Part shown: one piece after another, positions 29,676 to 37,715 of the stretch
How the letters are laid out: every line of letters begins with the position of its first letter
Position numbering within the stretch: position 1 is the first letter of the stretch
Source: Nemertoderma westbladi
Taxonomy: Eukaryota > Animalia > Xenacoelomorpha
DNA length: 37,715 nt
Assembly (NCBI GenBank): GCA_032718475.1
Contig: JAUCBJ010001010.1
Coordinates: 1-37,715 of the forward strand
Direction of reading: 5' to 3'
Position numbers and translations under genes: made by a program
Notes under the pieces: generated by a model
Database searches by the model: none
What the model was told of the DNA's origin: nothing
What the model saw: only the letters and a program-made list of their open reading frames with translations

Positions 29676-29873
29676 CACAGATATACTAATAGTTCCATAG
29701 TTTGGAGTGGTTCCAGAATCAGCAGCGCAGACCACACCAGCCTGTTTGCATACAGGTAAGTAACCAATAACTGTAAGGACGTCAGTATTGGACTTTACCT
29801 GAACCACACCGTGAGCCCAAGCCGCACTAGCAATAAGGAACATAACGCAGAAACCAGAGTGAATTAGAAAATC
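29676..29873 (-). CDS. Synaptophysin/synaptoporin-family gene, penultimate coding exon (198 bp, phase 0/0); upstream exons lie beyond the window
   Basis: TTTTTAG|DFLIHSGFCVMFLIASAAWAHGVVQVKSNTD...LPVCKQAGVVC...YGTISISV|GTAAGT encodes TM3 plus luminal loop 2 with its cysteine pair. A 212-bp GT-AG intron (29464-29675) joins it in frame to the last exon. Confidence 0.92.
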
Positions 29874-30259
29874 CTAAAAAATAAACAAAATATTTTTATC
29901 AATAAACTTAGGGGAGATAAAGAGAAAAGTGGCCAAACTAAAAGTTTTTTTGTCATAGAGTCAAATTTAATGAATATCATTTTTTTTGTAAAAAGTTTCT
30001 CAAAACCTAACATATGATATATTCTGAAAGCTCAAACGATAGAACCCATGTGCGATTATTGGAAAAAATATGACATGTAAGAAAATATACTGAGTGCGGT
30101 CCCTTCCCATTAAACGTAAACAACCCGGCTACAGGCGGCTACTACACGTTTTATGGTACGACTAACACTGCCAAACACACATAATAAATGCTGCGTATGA
30201 ACATTATACATCTAAAGAAAGTTAAGAAAAAATATTCAAAGGCGAACTGTTATTGTTTC

Positions 30260-30575
30260 ACTGAGTTACCAATTATATGCATTGCTATTTATTGGCCATA
30301 ACGCTGGTTACAGGAGGGGACAGTTCATGGGTTTCTGTCTGTTTCAAACCGACATCTAACATCATTCGATGAATTTGGATATTTATTTTGGTGTTTTACA
30401 GCAAAAAAAACAAAATTCTATAAAAAAGAAACAATTATTGCTAACCACAATTTCTAATATATTAAATTTTTTACATTGGAAACATTTTAGGTCCCAAATG
30501 GAAGTGTAGTTTAACATAAAGTGTTCCAGGATCTCCTGTGTGTTAAGGTTAACTATATTTTACCTACAGATGTTA
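30260..30575 (+). repeat. Old dispersed repeat, copy 2 (mate at ~1880-2135)
   Basis: Same collinear matches as listed for copy 1. Confidence 0.6.
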
Positions 30576-30683
30576 CAGAAACTACATGTTTCATTAAATT
30601 AAAAGACAAATTTAAGGGCCCACCCCTTAAATTTGTCTTTTAATTTAATGAAACATGTAGTTTCTGTAACATCTGTAGGTAAA
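30559..30683. repeat. Perfect 60-bp inverted repeat with a 5-nt loop
   Basis: TTTACCTACAGATGTTACAGAAACTACATGTTTCATTAAATTAAAAGACAAATTTAAGGG-CCCAC-exact reverse complement. Confidence 0.95.
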
Positions 30684-31626
30684 GTATATCCCAATATCCC
30701 AATATTTGCTCCCAGTTACTTAACTGGTACTCGGTTAAATACCCAGTTAAGTACCCAATTTAACTGGTATTCATTTAGTATAAAATGTTAAATTTTATTG
30801 AAACCTGATATAAACAAGAGCTCCTTATTTAACTGCACTTTTAGTCAAAAATTCACAAAAATCACGTTTTCCGTGGTTTTTTATGGTTTCAAGAAAAATG
30901 TATGATTGTAGGGTTGCACTGTAAGGCTGTAACATTTTATTTCATGATATTTCAATCCGTATAATTGGAATTACACTATTTTATTGCATGTTTTAGTCAC
31001 TTTTCTATTATTGCGCCTTATATAGTTATTTTTATAAATTTAGTATATACAAAAAATAATTTTAATTTCTAAAAAATACACACATACAATACAAACAAAT
31101 GTATATAGTTCCTCGGAAATTGATGTTCGTTATTCTAATTTTATTTCAACGGGTACTATATTGCTGGTTGTTTGGGGTGCTGGGAGCGATGTTTAACCAC
31201 TACTTCTATTTGTTTAATTAGGCTGCCGCCGTCTTCTTACCTCTCATTAGTAAGACAATCATTATCATTTTCTATAGTAACTAATAGGGGTTATAAGTTG
31301 CTCCGAGGTTGAGACTGCAGTATACTTACTAAATAAATAGTTGTAACTTAACTTTCTCCTCTAAAGTTGTTTATTCGCTGTTAATTCTAACGCCGTTCAT
31401 TAATGTTGAAACTTTGAAATAAGAATGTTTTCCAAAAATCAAATTACATTCTAAATTACAATCAATAAGCTTCAAAACTAAATAACAAACCAGTTACATT
31501 ATTACGTGGAATTTTTAGTTTTAAAAAAAAGTTTCTCCAGCAAAAAATCTACGATGTGCATTATAATGGGAAATTAAAAAATGAATATAAATTCGTGATT
31601 GTTTGTGGTAAACTAGAAAACCCCCG

Positions 31627-34600
31627 CTATTCCCACTCACCCAATCCTACTCCACCATTCCTACTCCACCATTACTACTCCACCAATCCTACTCCACCAT
31701 TCCCACTCACCCATTCTTACTCCACCATTCCCATTCACCCATTCTTACTCCACTATTCCCACTCACCCAATCCTACTCCACCATTCCTACTCCACCATTC
31801 CTACTCACCCATTCTTACTCCACCATTCTTACTCCACCATTCCTACTCCACCATTCCTACTCCACCATTCCTACTCAACCATTCCTACTCCACCATTCAC
31901 ACTCACCCATTCTTACTCCACCATTCCTACTCCACCATTCCCACCCACCCAATCCTACTCCACCATTCCTACTCCACCATTCCCACCCACCCAATCCTAC
32001 TCCACCATTCTTACTCCACCATTCCTACTCCACCATTCCTACTCCACCATTCCTACTCCACCATTCCTACTCCCCATTCCCACTCACCCAATCCTACTCC
32101 ACCATTATTACTCCACCATTCCTACCCCACCATTCCTTCTCCACCATTCCTACTCCACCATTCCCACTCACCCATTCTTACTCCACTATTCCCACTCACC
32201 CATTCTTACTCCACCATTCCTACTCCACCATTCCCACTCACCCAATCCTACTCCACCATTCCTACTCCACCATTCCTACCCCACCATTCCTTCTCCACCA
32301 TTCCCACTCACCCATTCTTACTCCACTATTCCCACTCACCCATTCTTACTCCACCATTCCTACTCCACCATTCCCACTCATCCAATCCTACTCCACCATT
32401 CTTACTCCACCATTCCTACCCCACCATTCCTTCTCCACCATTCCTACTCCACCATTCCCACTCACCCATTCTTACTCCACTATTCCCACTCACCCATTCT
32501 TACTCCACCATTCCTACTCCACCATTCCCACTCACCCAATCCTACTCCACCATTCCTACTCTCCAACCATTCCTACTCCACCATTCCTACTCCACCATTC
32601 CTACTCCACCATTCCTACTCCCCATTCCCACTCACCCAATCCTACTCCACCATTCTTACTCCACCATTCCTACCCCACCATTCCTTCTCCACCATTCCTA
32701 CTCCACCATTCCCACTCACCCATTCTTACTCCACTATTCCCACTCACCCATTCTTACTCCACCATTCCTACTCCACCATTCCCACTCACCCAATCCTACT
32801 CCACCATTCTTACTCCACCATTCCTACCCCACCATTCCTTCTCCACCATTCCTACTCCACCATTCCCACTCACCCATTCTTACTCCACTATTCCCACTCA
32901 CCCATTCTTACTCCACCATTCCTACTCCACCATTCCCACTCACCCAATCCTACTCCACCATTCCTACTCCACCATTCCTACCCCACCATTCCTTCTCCAC
33001 CATTCCTACTCCACCATTCCCACTCACCCATTCTTACTCCACCATTCCCACTCACCCATTCCTACTCCACCATTCCTACTCCACCATTCCCACTCACCCA
33101 ATCCTACTCCACCATTCCTACTCCCAACCATTCCTACTCCACCATTCCTACTCCACCATTCCTACTCCACCATTCCTACCCATTCCTACTCCACCATTCC
33201 TACTCCCCATTCCCACTCACCCAATCCTACTCCACCATTCTTACTCCACCATTCCTACTCCACCATTCCTACTCACCCATTCCTACTCCACCATTCCTAC
33301 TCCACCATTCCTACTCCACCATTCCCACTCACCCATTCTTACTCCACCATTCCCACTCACCCATTCCTACTCCACCATTCCTACTCCACCATTCCCACTC
33401 ACCCAATCCTACTCCACCATTCCTACTCACCATTCCTACTCCACCATTCCTACTCCACCATTCCTACTCCACCATTCCTACTCCACCATTCCTACTCCAC
33501 CATTCCTACTCCACCATTCCTACTCCACCATTCCTACTCCACCATTCCTACTCACACCATTCCTACTCCACCATTCCTACTCCACCATTCCCACTCACCC
33601 ATTCCTACTCCACCATTCCCTACTCACCCACCATTCCTACTCCACCATTCCCACTCACCCAATCCTACTCCACCATTCCTACTCCACCATTCCTACTCCA
33701 CCATTCCTACTCCACCATTCCTACTCCACCATTCCTACTCACCCATTCCTACTCCACCATTCCTACTCACCCATTCCTACTCCACCATTCCTACTCCACC
33801 ATTCCACTCACCCATCCTACTCCACCATTCCCACTCACCCATCCTACTCCACCATTCCTACTCCACCATTCCCACTCACCCATTCCTACTCCACCATTCC
33901 TACTCCACCATTCCTACTCCACCATTCCTACTCCACCATTCCTACTCCACCATTCCTACTCCACCATTCCTACTCACCCATTCCTACTCCACCATTCCTA
34001 CTCCACCATTCCTACTCCACCATTCCCACTCACCCATTCCTACTCCACCATTCCCACTCACCCATTCCTACTCCACCATTCCTACTCCACCATTCCCACT
34101 CACCCAATCCTACTCCACCATTCCTACTCCACCATTCCTACTCCACCATTCCTACTCCACCATTCCTACTCCACCATTCCTACTCACCCATTCCTACTCC
34201 ACCATTCCTACTCCACCATTCCTACTCACCCATTCCTACTCCACCATTCCTACTCACCACCATTCCTACTCCACCATTCCTACTCCACCATTCCTACTCC
34301 ACCATTCCTACTCCACCATTCCTACTCCACCATTCCCACTCACCCATTCCTACTCCACCATTCCTACTCCACCATTCCTACCCACCATTCCTACTCCACC
34401 ATTCCTACTCCACCATTCCCACTCACCCAATCCTACTCCACCATTCCTACTCCACCATTCTCTACTCCACCATTCCTACTCCACCATTCCTACTCCACCA
34501 TTCCTACTCACCCATTCCTACTCCACCATTCCTACTCCACCATTCCTACTCACCCAATCCTACTCCACCATTCCTACTCACTCACCCATTCCTACTCCAC

Positions 34601-37600
34601 CATTCCTACTCCACCATTCCTACTCACCCATTCCTACTCCACCATTCCTACTCCACCATTCCCACTCACCCAATCCTACTCCACCATTCCTACTCACTCA
34701 CCCACTCCTACTCCACCATTCCTACTCCACCATTCCTACTCCACCATTCCTACTCACCCATTCCTACTCCACCATTCCTACTCCACCATTCCTACTCCAC
34801 CATTCCCACTCACCCAATCCTACTCCACCATTCCTACTCCACCATTCCTACTCCACCATTCCTACTCCACCATTCCTACTCCACCATTCCTACTCACCCA
34901 TTCCTACTCCACCATTCCTACTCCACCATTCCTACTCACCCATTCCTACTCCACCATTCCTACTCCACCATTCCTACTCCACCATTCCTACTCCACCATT
35001 CCTACTCCCCATTCCTACTCCACCATTCCTACTCCACCATTCCTACTCCACCATTCCCACTCACCCATTCCTACTCCACCATTCCTACTCCACCATTCCT
35101 ACTCACCCATTCCTACTCCACCATTCCTACTCCACCATTCCTACTCCACCATTCCTACTCACCCAATCCTACTCCACCATTCCTACTCACTCACCCATTC
35201 CTACTCCACCATTCCTACTCCACCATTCCTACTCACCCAATCCTACTCCACCATTCCCACTCACCCATTCTACTCCACCATTCCTACTCCACCATTCCTA
35301 CTCCACCATTCCTACTCCACCATTCCTACTCCACCATTCCTACTCCACCATTCCTACTCACCCATTCCTACTCCACCATTCCTACTCCACCATTCCTACT
35401 CACCCATTCCTACTCCACCATTCCTACTCACCATTCCTACTCCACCATTCCTACTCACCCATTCCTACTCCACCATTCCTACTCCACCATTCCTACTCCA
35501 CCATTCCTACTCCACCATTCCTACTCCACCCATTCCTACTCCACCATTCCTACTCCACCATTCCTACTCACCCATTCCTACTCCACCATTCCTACTCCAC
35601 CCATTCCTACTCCACCATTCCTACTCCACCATTCCTACTCACCCATTCCTACTCCACCATTCCTACTCCACCATTCCTACTCCACCATTCCTACTCCACC
35701 ATTCCTACTCACCCATTCCTACTCCACCATTCCTACTCCACCATTCCTACTCCACCATTCCTACTCCACCATTCCTACTCACCCATTCCTACTCCACCAT
35801 TCCTACTCCACCATTCCTACTCCACCATTCCTACTCCACCATTCCTACTCCACCATTCCTACTCCACCATTCCTACTCCACCATTCCTACTCCACCATTC
35901 CTACTCCACCATTCCCACTCACCCAATCCTACTCCACCATTCCTACTCACTCACCCATTCCTACTCCACCATTCCTACTCCACCATTCCTACTCCACCAT
36001 TCCTACTCCACCATTCCTACTCCACCATTCCTACTCCACCATTCCTACTCCACCATTCCTACTCACCCAATCCTACTCCACCATTCCTACTCACTCACCC
36101 ATTCCTACTCCACCATTCCTACTCCACCATTCCTACTCACCCATTCCTACTCCACCATTCCTACTCCACCATTCCTACTCCACCATTCCTACTCCACCAT
36201 TCCTACTCCACCATTCCTACTCCACCATTCCTACTCCACCATTCCTACTCCACCATTCCTACTCCACCATTCCTACTCCACCATTCCTACTCCACCATTC
36301 CTACTCACCATCCTACTCCACCATTCCTACTCCACCATTCCTACTCCACCATTCCTACTCCACCATTCCTACTCCACCATTCCTACTCCACCATTCCTAC
36401 TCCACCATTCCTACTCCACCCATTCCTACTCCACCATTCCTACTCCACCATTCCTACTCACCCATTCCTACTCCACCATTCCTACTCCACCCATTCCTAC
36501 TCCACCATTCCTACTCCACCATTCCTACTCACCCATTCCTACTCCACCATTCCTACTCCACCATTCCTACTCCACCATTCCTACTCCACCATTCCTACTC
36601 CACCATTCCTACTCCACCATTCCTACTCCACCCAATCCTACTCCACCATTCCCACTCACCCAATCCTACTCCACCATTCCTACTCCACCATTCCTACTCC
36701 ACCCATTCCTACTCCACCATTCCTACTCCACCATTCCTACTCCACCATTCCTACTCCACCATTCCTACTCACACCATTCCTACTCCACCATTCCTACTCC
36801 ACCATTCCTACTCCACCATTCCTACTCCACCATTCCTACTCCACCATTCCTACTCCACCCATTCCTACTCCACCATTCCTACTCCACCCATTCCTACTCC
36901 ACCATTCCTACTCCACCATTCCTACTCCACCATTCCTACTCACCCATCCTACTCCACCATTCCTACTCCACCATTCCTACTCCACCATTCCTACTCCACC
37001 ATTCCCACTCACCCATTCCTACTCCACCATTCCTACTCCACCCATTCCTACTCCACCATTCCTACTCCACCATTCCTACTCCACCATTCCTACTCCACCA
37101 TTCCTACTCCACCATTCCTACTCCACCATTCCTACTCCACCATTCCTACTCCACCATTCCTACTCCACCATTCCTACTCCACCATTCCTACTCCACCATT
37201 CCTACTCCACCATTCCTACTCCACCATTCCTACTCACCCATTCCTACTCCACCATTCCTACTCACACCATTCCTACTCCACCATTCCTACTCCACCATTC
37301 CCACTCACCCAATCCTACTCCACCATTCCCACTCACCCATTCCTACTCCACCATTCCTACTCCACCATTCCTACTCCACCATTCCTACTCCACCATTCCT
37401 ACTCCACCATTCCTACTCCACCATTCCTACTCCACCATTCCTACTCCACCATTCCTACTCCACCCATTCCTACTCCACCATTCCTACTCCACCATTCCTA
37501 CTCCACCATTCCTACTCCACCATTCCTACTCCACCATTCCTACTCCACCATTCCTACTCCACCATTCCTACTCCACCATTCCTACTCCACCATTCCTACT

Positions 37601-37715
37601 CCACCATTCCTACTCCACCATTCCTACTCACTCACCCACTCCTACTCCACCATTCCCACTCCACCATTCCTACTCCACCATTCCTACTCCACCATTCCTA
37701 CTCCACCATTCCTAC
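31627..37715. repeat. 14-bp satellite (CCATTCCTACTCCA)n, >6 kb, running off the window end
   Basis: Direct reading. Variants include CCATTCCCACTCAC, CCAATCCTACTCCA and CCATTCTTACTCCA. No G was seen on the + strand. Confidence 0.99.

Noticed and set aside
31627-37715. Telomeric repeat at the window end
   Set aside because: A right-hand telomere would be G-rich on the + strand, but this is C-rich; it also appears intronic.

Overview
AT-rich animal (invertebrate-type) nuclear DNA, not prokaryotic. The left third holds four genes whose coding regions have no introns: UTP3/SAS10 and MRPS6 (both minus strand, 247 bp apart), calpain-7, and a C2H2 zinc-finger gene whose N-terminus resembles the N-terminal helix of PDE5/6/10/11. 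They are interleaved with DNA-transposon derivatives: a MULE transposase relic with its terminus, a 1.1-kb TIR element with a perfect 8-bp TSD, an RSS-like Transib/Chapaev-type foldback, several MITE-like palindromes and a SINE-like fragment. The right two-thirds holds four unrelated tandem arrays (36, 25, 45 and 14 bp units) and the last two exons of a spliced synaptophysin-family gene (minus strand), whose upstream intron contains the >6-kb 14-bp satellite. No CRISPR, rRNA or tRNA was recognised. All calls are by eye; no database searches were run.
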